From the NCBI GenBank assembly GCA_040397175.1, contig JBBAWM010000008.1:1-24844 (forward strand): a DNA stretch of 24,844 nucleotides, written 5' to 3'. Of the stretch, positions 1 to 8,913 are shown piece by piece. Under the pieces are notes generated by a model that made no database searches, was not told the DNA's origin, and saw only the letters and a program-made list of their open reading frames with translations. This stretch comes from Candidatus Limnocylindrus sp. (GTDB lineage: Bacteria > Chloroflexota > Limnocylindria > Limnocylindrales > Limnocylindraceae). The stretch's first letter is position 1, and each line of letters opens with the position of its first letter. Position numbers and translations under genes: made by a program.

Positions 1-113
1 GTCGGCGCGAAGCCGGCCCCGGTCTGTTCGACGGCGTCGTGGTACCCGTCGGTCAGCAGATCGCGGAACTGCCGCATATCCGGAGTGCTGTTGTAGTCGC
101 CGCCGACGATCCT
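1..113 (-). pseudogene. 5'-truncated endonuclease/exonuclease/phosphatase (EEP) family gene fragment, continuing off the left edge
   Basis: The minus frame from 110 reads IVGGDYNSTPDMRQFRDLLTDGYHDAVEQTGAGFAPT. This is the GD(F/Y)N motif region of actinobacterial EEP proteins, with almost all third positions G/C. An in-frame TGA at 114-116 lies directly upstream, so the N-terminal part is missing. Not in the ORF track. Confidence 0.7.
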
Positions 114-138
114 TCAGGAGGAATTGTTAGCCTGAAGG
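111..138. repeat. 8-bp inverted repeat CCTTCAGG-N12-CCTGAAGG
   Basis: CCTTCAGG at 111-118 and CCTGAAGG at 131-138, located at the truncation point of the EEP fragment and upstream of the LpqN-like gene. Confidence 0.6.
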
Positions 139-167
139 TTAGTTACTAGCCGGGGAGTGAACTGATC

Positions 168-1040
168 GTGGTAACCGAAAACAAGTCGATCGGGTTTCCC
201 GATGATGAGCCGAATGTCGTTATCGAGGAATCGTCCTTCGTGGGGGAAGCGCCGACAGTGGCCGGTGGACGCGCGCCTTGGTACCGGAAGCGCTGGCCTC
301 TGCTCGCCATCGCGTTGGCTGTCGCCGCAGCAATAGCAGCACTGCTGTTCAGCAACGGGCGCACTGATCAGGCGACTTCGGGGAATGCGTCGGTGGCGCA
401 GTCGGCACCCGGGGCGACGATGCCCGACGGTAAATACAAAACCATCGGCGACTACATCGCAGAAAGCGGTATCACTTCGATACCGGTCCCCCGGGCCACT
501 GACGGAGGTCCGGGTATCCCAGGGGCGCCAGTGTTTGCCCTGGGCCTGTGGCCCGGCCCGACCGTAAGTTGCCGTTCTCAGTATTGTGCCGATGAACTTC
601 GGGGTCTTAATTCCACTGCCGGCGGCCCAAGCCTCACAACCAAAATTGTTGCGGAGCGCCCGTACGGAGCGGTTCAATGGGAGAGCTCAGTAGACCCAGA
701 TGACCCGCCCACCATGGTGGTAACCCTCAATAAGCTGACCGGCGACGTCGACCCATCGAAAATTTTGGAGTACGCGCCAGGTGAGTTGAAGAATCTCCCC
801 AATTACCAACCCCTCGCCGAAGACGACTCAAGCGACCTCAGTGGCTACGAAGCGGTCCAGCTTGCTGGGCGTTACACGCTCGACGGCAAATTGCGTTCCA
901 TCGCCGAAAAGACCGTCATCATTCCCGATTCAGACGCGACATATGTTCTTCGGATTCTCGTCGAATCGCTTGAAGGCGACGCGGACACCCTCAAGCGAGT
1001 GACGGCGACGGTTGACCAGTTGACCGTTATCGAACCGTAG
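168..1040 (+). CDS. LpqN/LpqT-family domain membrane protein
   Basis: GTG start with GGGGAG upstream. A hydrophobic helix (WPLLAIALAVAAAIAALLF) is followed by LpqN-like segments TIGDYIAESGI, KLTGDVDPSKILEYAPGELKNLP and IAEKTVIIP. Confidence 0.8.
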   Translation: MVTENKSIGFPDDEPNVVIEESSFVGEAPTVAGGRAPWYRKRWPLLAIALAVAAAIAALLFSNGRTDQATSGNASVAQSAPGATMPDGKYKTIGDYIAESGITSIPVPRATDGGPGIPGAPVFALGLWPGPTVSCRSQYCADELRGLNSTAGGPSLTTKIVAERPYGAVQWESSVDPDDPPTMVVTLNKLTGDVDPSKILEYAPGELKNLPNYQPLAEDDSSDLSGYEAVQLAGRYTLDGKLRSIAEKTVIIPDSDATYVLRILVESLEGDADTLKRVTATVDQLTVIEP

Positions 1041-1557
1041 CGGTCCGTCGGCAGAGTTCCAGTATCGGCGGCAACAGGTCAGCGATCTGTGAACCGACGG
1101 TTGCGAACACCATAGGGTTCTGGCCGATCGGGTCGGGAATGTCGTCGTTCTCTGCGGCTGAGAGGCGTGGCCGCAGAGCGGCAAGATCCCTGACGGTCTT
1201 CGCCCCGTCCATCGACGCCAGTTTGGCTGCTTCTGTCAAGGTGAATGTTCGACTTAATTGACGTGGGGCAGCCTCCAGCGCCACGTCGCGGTGTGCGCTG
1301 GTCATCGCGATGATGAGGTCGGCGGCGGTGGCGATTTTTGTCGTGAGTTGCCTTGCGGCGAAATCGGAAACGTTCCCACCCAGATTTTCCAGGACGATCG
1401 CCGCGTCCCGATGAATCGGGTGCCCGATCACCGCACGGGTCCCCGCACTGGACGCCCCGAAGTCGGCGATCCCATGTTGGGCTGCGTAGGCGACGGCGAG
1501 TCGCTCCCCGGTGGGGGAGCGACAGATGTTTCCGGTACAGATGAACAAAATGTGCAG
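1027..1557 (-). CDS. Low-molecular-weight protein-tyrosine phosphatase (Wzb/PtpA-like)
   Basis: P-loop HILFICTGNICRS and C-terminal DIPDP acid loop. The start is trimmed from the ORF-track 1749, which overlaps the upstream gene, to CTG at 1557, 5 nt after AAGGAG. Confidence 0.9.
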   Translation of the reverse strand: MHILFICTGNICRSPTGERLAVAYAAQHGIADFGASSAGTRAVIGHPIHRDAAIVLENLGGNVSDFAARQLTTKIATAADLIIAMTSAHRDVALEAAPRQLSRTFTLTEAAKLASMDGAKTVRDLAALRPRLSAAENDDIPDPIGQNPMVFATVGSQIADLLPPILELCRRTATVR

Positions 1558-1612
1558 AATGACTCCTTTGCAAGCGGGCGAGCTAGCTGTGATGTCCGGT
1601 AGCGGACGAAAT

Positions 1613-2479
1613 CTACGGGTTCCGCCAATACTTCTCAACGAGTTCGACAGTGGATTCGATATTGGTGCGGCTTGAGGCGCCGAACACGATTGACTCGACG
1701 TTGGGCAGCGAAGTGACCCACGCAATCGCCTCGTCCGGATGGATTGCACCCGAAGCGAAAACCGACATCGCGACGGCGCGGAACTTCCGATTGTTCAGGG
1801 CGTCGATGTAGCTGTCTATGCCACCGGACATCCGAAATCCGATCTTGTTAATGTTGGAGCACACGATCGGATTGTCGATGCCGACTGAGTCCAAGGCATC
1901 GAGCAGGCGTGGCATGTTCATGGTGATGAAGGCCGGCTCGGCTCGGTAATGATGTGCCACGTGGTCGGCGAAGATTCGGAACGCTTCGGTGAACCCCATA
2001 CCGAGCAGGAAGTCGACGACGACGTTCTGCAGGAAAATCACCGGCGTCTTCAGCCCACTGAACATCTTCATTTCTGCATCGATCAAGAGTGTGATGACGC
2101 CTTCGATGTCCTTTCTGGCGAATGATTTGCCGCCGCGCATCGCTGCGTCGAGGAAACCACCATCGGGCAGGAACTGCTTGATCGCCCCGAACACGCCCGC
2201 CTCGCCCATCGCATTTGCGTACTTGTGCGCGTAGGGCATGCACGGGTAAAAGATCTGTCGTTCGTAGCGCTCAGCTTCGGAACGGACGCGGTCAGTGACC
2301 TCGGCGATGCGGTCGTGGGTCGTGCACATGAAGGTCGTAACACCCGTGTCGTAGGCCGCATCAAGCACCGACATGATCGCGTCTGTGGACTGGAAGCGCA
2401 TCGCTTGGGCGCGCGCCTTCTCCTCCGACATGTGGTTGACGCCGAAGAACTGGTTGTCACCGAACAGAAGTCGGTCCAT
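1613..2479 (-). CDS. Conserved hypothetical protein, possibly aldo/keto-reductase-like TIM barrel
   Basis: 288-aa ORF with strong GC3 bias, starting 3 nt after the stop of the upstream oxidoreductase. N-terminal RLLFGDNQFFG, the ..LDAAYDTGVTTF.. segment and C-terminal AMSVFASG..SIVFGASS resemble AKR-fold segments. Confidence 0.75.
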   Translation of the reverse strand: MDRLLFGDNQFFGVNHMSEEKARAQAMRFQSTDAIMSVLDAAYDTGVTTFMCTTHDRIAEVTDRVRSEAERYERQIFYPCMPYAHKYANAMGEAGVFGAIKQFLPDGGFLDAAMRGGKSFARKDIEGVITLLIDAEMKMFSGLKTPVIFLQNVVVDFLLGMGFTEAFRIFADHVAHHYRAEPAFITMNMPRLLDALDSVGIDNPIVCSNINKIGFRMSGGIDSYIDALNNRKFRAVAMSVFASGAIHPDEAIAWVTSLPNVESIVFGASSRTNIESTVELVEKYWRNP

Positions 2480-2482
2480 TCA

Positions 2483-3622
2483 TCAGCCCTTCGATCCGCT
2501 GTGGGTGCGGCGCGCCTGCCGTCGATTCCGGAGCCAGGCCCACACCCCGGTTGGCCTCTCCGGCTGTCTCTCGACAGACGCGGGGCTTGGGCTCACGGCT
2601 TGAACGCTGCCGTCTCCGCTGGTGAGTATGGCGTGAAGTACTTCGTCGGTGACACTGGCATCATCGAAGTCCGCCGGGCCAGAGGTGGCTCGGTCGGCGA
2701 TTCGCGTCAGCCAGGTATCGAGTTGTGACGAGTACTCCTCCCCGCGCACGTAGAAGTCGACCTCGCCGGTCAGTTCGGTGGTGTACCGGACTGTCCAGCC
2801 TTTGCCGTATCCCGCGAGGGCGGGTTCCGCTTCGCGCAGGTACACCTGAATTTCCTGGCGGTCTGCAACGATCTTGCCGTTGGTGCCCCAGATGGAGACA
2901 CGCGTGGTCATCTTGCGCAGTGACTCATCGGACCAACTGACGGAGAGTTGGCCGCTGACGCCGCTCGGCCACTTGAGTGTTGTGAACACCTCGTCCTCGG
3001 TTTCCGTGGAGAACACCTTGCTGAGCACCGTCCCGGAGACCGACTCGGGGCGGCCGAAGTACCAGGTAAGTAGGTCCACCGGGTGCGCGGCATAGTCGTA
3101 AAGCGCCCCGCCGCCCTCGTCCTTTTTGCTACGCCAGGTGCTGCCCTGGGGCTTGAGGACGACTGGACCGTAGGCCTCGGCGAGAACGTGGGTGACCCGG
3201 CCCAGTGCGCCACGGTCAAGGATCCGCTTGACTTCGCCGAACGTCGCTACGTGCCGGTTGTGATAGCCCACCTGGGTGACCAAGCCCTTTTCGCGAGCGA
3301 GTGCGGCAAGCGCCACCGAGTCGGCTGGATCCAGGCAGAACGGCTTTTCGCAGAACACATGGATGCCGCGCTGCAGGCAGTCGCGCACCATGGGCGCGTG
3401 GAAGCGGGACGGCGTTGAGATTACGGCGGCCTCGACATCGGCCGAGTCAATCATCTTCTTCATGTCGGCGTAGGTGGCGACGCCGGTGTACTTGCCCAAG
3501 ATGTCCAGAATGTAACTGCTGGAGTCGCACACCCCGACGACCTTGACGTCGGGGTGCGCATTGATGATCGAGAAGTGCGACAGCCCCATCTTCCCGAGGC
3601 CGATGATTCCGACATTGACCAC
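2483..3622 (-). CDS. Gfo/Idh/MocA family NAD(P)-dependent oxidoreductase
   Basis: VGIIGLGKMG Rossmann motif, HVFCEKP, QVGYHNR and GGGALYDYAAH. Likely GTG start at 3622 after GAGGGA; the ORF-track start at 3886 overlaps the upstream GT. Confidence 0.9.
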   Translation of the reverse strand: MVNVGIIGLGKMGLSHFSIINAHPDVKVVGVCDSSSYILDILGKYTGVATYADMKKMIDSADVEAAVISTPSRFHAPMVRDCLQRGIHVFCEKPFCLDPADSVALAALAREKGLVTQVGYHNRHVATFGEVKRILDRGALGRVTHVLAEAYGPVVLKPQGSTWRSKKDEGGGALYDYAAHPVDLLTWYFGRPESVSGTVLSKVFSTETEDEVFTTLKWPSGVSGQLSVSWSDESLRKMTTRVSIWGTNGKIVADRQEIQVYLREAEPALAGYGKGWTVRYTTELTGEVDFYVRGEEYSSQLDTWLTRIADRATSGPADFDDASVTDEVLHAILTSGDGSVQAVSPSPASVERQPERPTGVWAWLRNRRQARRTHSGSKG

Positions 3623-3632
3623 TATGAGTCCC

Positions 3633-4790
3633 TCAATTCGTACCGTCGTCAAGCAGTTGGGAACGGAATGAACGCCGGCTCTTTCGGAGCAGATCCTCGT
3701 ACTGCCCGGCAACATGATCCCAGGTGAATTCGCTCTCAAACCTGGCCCGTGCGTTTCGGCCCAACTCTGTTGCCAACTCTTGATCGTCGAGAAGTCGGTC
3801 GATGCACTTCTCGGCGTCTGTAGGTGTGCTGAAGTAGAGGCCGGCATCGCCTGCGACCCAGTTGTTGTACTTGTTGTCGTGGGCAATCACCGGGTTTCCG
3901 GCAGCCAGCGCCTCTACAAGCGACGGGTTGGTGCCACCTACGGTGTGTCCGTGGAGGTACCCGAGGGAGTGGTAGCGCAGCGCTTGGACGGTCGCGGGGT
4001 CAAAGATCGCGCCGAGGAATACAACCTCGTCGCTTGCTGCGTCCAACACCTCACGATGGTAGGTGTCGACGTCACCCTCGTAGGACCCGAGGACCGCAAG
4101 CTGAATCCCTCGCTCTTTCGCTGAGAAACCTTGAACCAACTCAAGGATCGAGTTTTCTGGAATTGCGCGGGCGATCAGTGTCAGGTACTGCTTTGGCGTC
4201 AGACCGAGAGCCTCGACTGGAGTTGTCGGCGCGCTTGCCACGCGATGAGCACCGTAGGTGATTGTCGTTATCTTTCGGGCCGGGGCGCGGGTTCTCAGGT
4301 AGGTGTTGAGTTCTGGATGGTCGGCGATCAACTCGTTGCCGAACAGCGCCGCGAAACGCTCGTTCGCGTACAGGATCGCTTGTCGAAAGAATCCCCAGCG
4401 CTTTCGTGACCATTCAATTCCGTCCATATTGATGACATTTGGGACGCGATAAAGTCGCTGGACGACATTGAAAATCCCAGTGTTATAGCCCAAGGTCAGG
4501 CATACATCGCGGCTCTTGACTGCGTGCCGGATCGATAGCCAGTCAAACTTTGCGGTACCGAGCCAACTGACGTCCGGCACCGAAATACTGACCCTATCTA
4601 TGCCCTGCCACACATCTTCATAGGTTGGACCTTCGTGGTCGGTCTGACAGTAGACAATTACCCGCCACCCGTGATCAACCAGGTAGCGCGCGATGTTCTC
4701 GGCCGCCGTTTCGAAGCCTCCGTAGTTGGCCGGGACGCCGTGTGTTCCCAGTATCCTTACGGTCGGCCGGTCATCGGGCAGGTTGGGCAT
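3633..4790 (-). CDS. GT4 glycosyltransferase, DUF1972-type
   Basis: ILGTHGVPANYGGFET, NMDGIEWSRKRW and HGHTVGGTNPSLVEALA motifs; GAGGA RBS before the ATG. Confidence 0.9.
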   Translation of the reverse strand: MPNLPDDRPTVRILGTHGVPANYGGFETAAENIARYLVDHGWRVIVYCQTDHEGPTYEDVWQGIDRVSISVPDVSWLGTAKFDWLSIRHAVKSRDVCLTLGYNTGIFNVVQRLYRVPNVINMDGIEWSRKRWGFFRQAILYANERFAALFGNELIADHPELNTYLRTRAPARKITTITYGAHRVASAPTTPVEALGLTPKQYLTLIARAIPENSILELVQGFSAKERGIQLAVLGSYEGDVDTYHREVLDAASDEVVFLGAIFDPATVQALRYHSLGYLHGHTVGGTNPSLVEALAAGNPVIAHDNKYNNWVAGDAGLYFSTPTDAEKCIDRLLDDQELATELGRNARARFESEFTWDHVAGQYEDLLRKSRRSFRSQLLDDGTN

Positions 4791-4842
4791 GAATCCTCGT
4801 CGCTGATGCTGGCGGTGTTGCTCTAGCGTATTGCCTGCCAGG

Positions 4843-5886
4843 TTAGATCTTCCGAAGGTGCCGCAACTCGTGTGCGACGCTCTCGGTGAATGTGTCCTGG
4901 GAAAACCTTTTCCGGAACTCCGATTGTCCGCCTATGGCAGATACCTCCAGTTCCAACGGGTGTTTGAGCCGTTCCAGCGGCAATATCAACGACCGCATGT
5001 CAGGACTCAAGCCGGACCGAACGTGCTCGGTCCCAAAAACCGGGAGGCTGAAGGACAAAGCCTCCACCGCCTTCACCTTGATACCTCCGCCGTGATGGAT
5101 GGGAACCACCACTGCGTCGATCTGCCCATAGAAGCCCTCAACAGACTCAACAGGCCCCAACACCGAAATTGGAAACCCCCAGGAGGCCACCTTTTCTGAG
5201 CCGTACCCAGCAACGAGTAGTTCGATCTGGTTCTCCTGGAGGTGACGGGCGTACTCCGTGAGGAATTGGCGCAGTGAGATTTGGTTGGGGGGGTAGTCGA
5301 GGTTACCGATGAAACCGATCGTGCGGATCGGACCTGCCTTACGGGCACTGGCTCGGGCAGGGACCGGGTTGGGTACCCAGGCGGCGTGACCATGAGTTGC
5401 TTCGAGCATGTGTTCAAAGTCGGCATATCCGGCAAAGACATTGGATTGTGCTCGACCCGCCAACCGTGCCTCACGACGAGCCCAGAGACGCGACTGTGCG
5501 CGACCCCCGAATCGTGAAAACCACTCCGCGTCACCCAAGTTACGGGCGTTTACACTCCAGAGGTCCATCCAGTCCAGAATCAGACGGTCTTGCGGAACCC
5601 GCCGCAGTGCATCTTCGAAGACCGCCGGCACCGTGGCGATGACGATATCGGCATGGACTGATTCGCTTGGCATGCTTCGCGTGAATGGCATGGGTAGCAG
5701 AGCGCGCTTAACCGCGGACAGCCTCGCCCCTTTTGAGACGCCGCCGCCTATGGTCCGCAATCCGATGACTTCGCATTCGAAACCCAATGAGTCCAGTGCC
5801 CGCTGCCATGCGCGGATGCGCTGGCCGCCGCCGTCTGATCGGATTTTCGCGCCCTCGTACCAGTACACAATCGATGCTCTAGCCAT
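4843..5886 (-). CDS. GT4 (GT-B) glycosyltransferase
   Basis: GFIGNLDYPPN and VVPIHHGGGIKVKAVEALS motifs. Likely ATG at 5886 (MARASIVYWY), overlapping the upstream stop. Confidence 0.85.
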   Translation of the reverse strand: MARASIVYWYEGAKIRSDGGGQRIRAWQRALDSLGFECEVIGLRTIGGGVSKGARLSAVKRALLPMPFTRSMPSESVHADIVIATVPAVFEDALRRVPQDRLILDWMDLWSVNARNLGDAEWFSRFGGRAQSRLWARREARLAGRAQSNVFAGYADFEHMLEATHGHAAWVPNPVPARASARKAGPIRTIGFIGNLDYPPNQISLRQFLTEYARHLQENQIELLVAGYGSEKVASWGFPISVLGPVESVEGFYGQIDAVVVPIHHGGGIKVKAVEALSFSLPVFGTEHVRSGLSPDMRSLILPLERLKHPLELEVSAIGGQSEFRKRFSQDTFTESVAHELRHLRKI

Positions 5887-6949
5887 GAGGGAGGGCCGCC
5901 AGTTCACGCCGGATAATTGACACGGTTCTTTGCCACGAATGCCTGTCGATGAGTTCCGCTGCCGGTGGGCTAAACATAGTTGGCCTGGCCGCAAGAGCGA
6001 TCATCGCTTCTCCAATGGCCTCTGCCGACGTGGGGTCCACGTATGTAGCGTCATCTCCTAGCGTTTCGTGGAACACGGGCCTATCACTCACCAGAACCGG
6101 CGCACCGAGGAGTCTGGCCTCGACTGGCGGAAGTCCAAAGCCCTCGTCCAAGGAAAGACTTACGTAGAACGAGCAGTTCCTGATCAACCAGCGCAACTGT
6201 GCCATCGAGACAAAGCCCTCGAAGACGATGTGCCCTTTTTTCTCTTCGCCGTCGACCCATCCGGGAAACGCGCTTAACTCGCCGTCTTGAGCGCCGGCGA
6301 TCACAAGCGGAAATTCGCGCGAAAGTAGTTGCGAGCTCCTCGCGCCTTCGAGAATTCCGCCAAGGTTCTTCCGGACATTGAGCCGACCCACAGTCAGTAT
6401 GAATGAACCCGGCCGCAACCCGGGAACGGGCTCGTCGTCAACCGCCAGCACGTCGTCGCTGATTCCCAGGCCGACGGGCACTACACGCGATGCCTTTGTG
6501 AATTTCGAGATCCGACTACCTTCGATCTGAGTGGTACTGAACACCAGGTCTGCTCTGCGCGCCAGTCGAATCATCCACCTGTAGTAGATGAGTTCCGATT
6601 TGGTGAACCACTCGGGGTTCGTGGCAAAGATCATGTCTTGAATCAATACAGTCCGGTTAGTGCCGAAAATGGGGGAGAAGTTATGAGTGAGCATTGCATC
6701 GGCGCGAGCCCGTTTAGCTTGCCAGGGAACAGAGATTGCCGCCGCCAGAGCCTGAGGCCACAGACGCGTGAAAACCAACCGAACGTTGGCCGGCAAGTCC
6801 GTGATCTCCCCGGCGTGCTTGCGGCGGACGACGATAATCAACTCATCCTCGGGATAGAGAGCACTCCAGGTTTCAGTCAACCCGTGCACTACGTGCTGGA
6901 TGGACTGAGTGCCGCGAAACCACCAATAGGCGTCCAGCACAATCCGCAT
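5879..6949 (-). CDS. GT4 glycosyltransferase (mannosyl/rhamnosyltransferase-like)
   Basis: TVGRLNVRKNL and SLDEGFGLPPVEA (EX7E) motifs. Likely ATG at 6949 (MRIVLDAYWW) after AGGGG. Confidence 0.9.
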   Translation of the reverse strand: MRIVLDAYWWFRGTQSIQHVVHGLTETWSALYPEDELIIVVRRKHAGEITDLPANVRLVFTRLWPQALAAAISVPWQAKRARADAMLTHNFSPIFGTNRTVLIQDMIFATNPEWFTKSELIYYRWMIRLARRADLVFSTTQIEGSRISKFTKASRVVPVGLGISDDVLAVDDEPVPGLRPGSFILTVGRLNVRKNLGGILEGARSSQLLSREFPLVIAGAQDGELSAFPGWVDGEEKKGHIVFEGFVSMAQLRWLIRNCSFYVSLSLDEGFGLPPVEARLLGAPVLVSDRPVFHETLGDDATYVDPTSAEAIGEAMIALAARPTMFSPPAAELIDRHSWQRTVSIIRRELAALPHG

Positions 6950-6962
6950 GTGAATCGGCCCC

Positions 6963-7871
6963 CTAATGGCGCTCGGAGTCGACCACGTCTCGAACAGTCT
7001 GCAACAGGTCGATGGAGGGTTGCCATCCCAGCGCCTCGCGGATCGCCGTGTTGTTGCCGCGAACCTCATCAGGGTCGCCGGGGCGGAGTTTCGCTTGGTC
7101 GACTTCGATTTCCGGACGGCGACCATCAGTCAAATTGTCAGCGACAATATCAAGCAACTCTTGACCTGAAACCGACTTACCGGAGGAAACGTTGAGCACG
7201 GGGGCCGTCACTTGCGGCACTTCCAACGCCAGTCTGTAGGCGCGGACAACATCCCTGACGTCCGTGTAGTCGCGGCGAGTAGCTAGATTCCCCACACGCA
7301 CTGCCTCTCCGGTCTGCATCCAGTGGGTAACCCCGCGCACCAAGTCAGGGAGTAGGAAGCCCGGACCCTGGCCCGGTCCAATGTGGTTGAAGGGCCGCAT
7401 GACAAGGATATCTAGGCCGCGCTGTCGGTAATATGCGCTCTGCGCTTCCGTGAGGATTTTGCTGACGATATAGGGCGACGAGGGGTTTATCGGAGAGCTT
7501 TCGTCGAGCGACTGGTTGCCCGATGTGTGGTAGACCCCGCCCGTGCTCACCACTATGACGCGCACCTTTTCGTTCATCGAAAGAAGCGCCTCCCCTAGGC
7601 GGGTCATTGGTGCGCTGTTTGACTCGATATATCGTTGCGGCTCGTTGAATGACGGCCCTACCGCTGACAAAGCAGCTAAATGCACGACTGCGTCACAATC
7701 GACCGAAGGCCAATGGTCCCGTAGATCCACGGCCACATAGTCACTCAGCAGGCCGACGTCTTCTCCGACGGGACCTAAGCCCATTCCGATCACACAGTGG
7801 CCGTGGCCCGTAAGTTCCCTCACCAGGTGCGGGCCTACGAAACCGGCGACGCCTGTGACCGCTACTTTCAT
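6963..7871 (-). CDS. rmd: Extended SDR, Rmd-like GDP-4-keto-6-deoxy-D-mannose reductase
   Basis: TGVAGFVG, HLAALSAVGPSF, YxxxK (YIVSK), RPFNHIGPGQ and GNLATRRDYTDVRDVVRAY; directly downstream of gmd. Product stereochemistry is inferred. Confidence 0.7.
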   Translation of the reverse strand: MKVAVTGVAGFVGPHLVRELTGHGHCVIGMGLGPVGEDVGLLSDYVAVDLRDHWPSVDCDAVVHLAALSAVGPSFNEPQRYIESNSAPMTRLGEALLSMNEKVRVIVVSTGGVYHTSGNQSLDESSPINPSSPYIVSKILTEAQSAYYRQRGLDILVMRPFNHIGPGQGPGFLLPDLVRGVTHWMQTGEAVRVGNLATRRDYTDVRDVVRAYRLALEVPQVTAPVLNVSSGKSVSGQELLDIVADNLTDGRRPEIEVDQAKLRPGDPDEVRGNNTAIREALGWQPSIDLLQTVRDVVDSERH

Positions 7872-7920
7872 GCGGTTAGGAGGCTAGTCTTAGGCGACAC
7901 ACAGGCGCGAGTGAGCATTT

Positions 7921-8913
7921 TCACGCTTGTCGTACCAACTCCAGATCGTGCTGAACCATGCGGTGAACCAAGCCGCGAAAATCGACCTCTCGCGTCCAAC
8001 CAAGAACCCTCTCCGCTTTGGATGGATCACCCAAGAGAATATCTACCTCCGCAGGTCGCAGGTACCGGGGATCCTGCCGAACATAAGGGCGCCAGTCGGC
8101 TATGCCGACCTCTGCGAAGGCAAGTTCGAGGAATTCTTCAATGGAGTGTGTTTCGCCCGTTGCCAGCACGAAATCGTCTGGCTCATGATGCTGGAGCATC
8201 TGCCACATCCCTCGCACATAGTCGCCGGCGTAACCCCAGTCGCGCTTTGGCCAAAGATCGCCCAGGCTCACGTAATCCTGTTGGCCTGAGTGAATCTTAG
8301 CCACTGCATTCGTGATCTTCCGGGTCACAAATTCCAAGCCGCGGCGCTCACCTTCGTGGTTGAAGAGAATCCCGGTAGAGATGAACATTCCGTAGCTCTC
8401 ACGGTAGTTTCGCGCAATCCAATGCGCATAGAGTTTTGCCACACCGTAGGGGCTGCGCGGATGGAAAAGTGACTCCTCGTTGTATCCGGTCCCCGGGCGG
8501 TTGTAATCAAGTCCACCGAACATTTCTGAGGTCGAGGCCTGATAGAACCGGGTCTTTTTATCGAAACCGGTGATCCTCATTGCCTCCAAGAGGTTGAGTA
8601 CGCCCTTGGCCGTGATATCGGTCGTCAATTGAGGGTTGCGAAAGGAGTAACCCACATGGCTGATCGCCCCGAGGTTGTAGATTTCCGTGGGTTCGGAAGT
8701 TCCCACGGCCTGGATCAACGATGTCTGATCAGTCAGGTCAGCCTCAATGAGGTTGATGAAGGGAAACTCGGCCTCTAGTGCTTCACGCCGGGCGTTGCTT
8801 TGCCCGCGAAGCAGGCCAAAGACTTCGTATCCCTTCTGGTGCAGCAACTCTGTCAGGTGGCCCCCGTCTTGCCCCGTAATGCCGGTGATGAGAGCGCGAT
8901 TGTCGTTAGCCAC
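7921..8913 (-). CDS. gmd: GDP-mannose 4,6-dehydratase
   Basis: ALITGITGQDG, FYQASTSEMFG, PRSPYGVAKLY, GILFNHE, FVTRKIT and RDWG motifs. Likely GTG start at 8913 after AGGAG. Confidence 0.95.
   Translation of the reverse strand: MANDNRALITGITGQDGGHLTELLHQKGYEVFGLLRGQSNARREALEAEFPFINLIEADLTDQTSLIQAVGTSEPTEIYNLGAISHVGYSFRNPQLTTDITAKGVLNLLEAMRITGFDKKTRFYQASTSEMFGGLDYNRPGTGYNEESLFHPRSPYGVAKLYAHWIARNYRESYGMFISTGILFNHEGERRGLEFVTRKITNAVAKIHSGQQDYVSLGDLWPKRDWGYAGDYVRGMWQMLQHHEPDDFVLATGETHSIEEFLELAFAEVGIADWRPYVRQDPRYLRPAEVDILLGDPSKAERVLGWTREVDFRGLVHRMVQHDLELVRQA

Noticed and set aside
114-677. 187-aa minus-strand ORF, and other antisense or alternate-frame ORFs such as 20112-20984, 21877-22485, 22170-22883 and 12581-13099
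   Set aside because: They are shadows of well-supported genes in high-GC DNA, Arg/Pro-rich and without recognisable motifs.
1558-1749. Long N-terminal extensions in the ORF track (also 3623-3886, 5887-5994, 6950-7126 and 8914-9015)
   Set aside because: Most overlap upstream genes and none resembles the relevant family. Better starts with an RBS or translational coupling lie at the family-typical N-termini.
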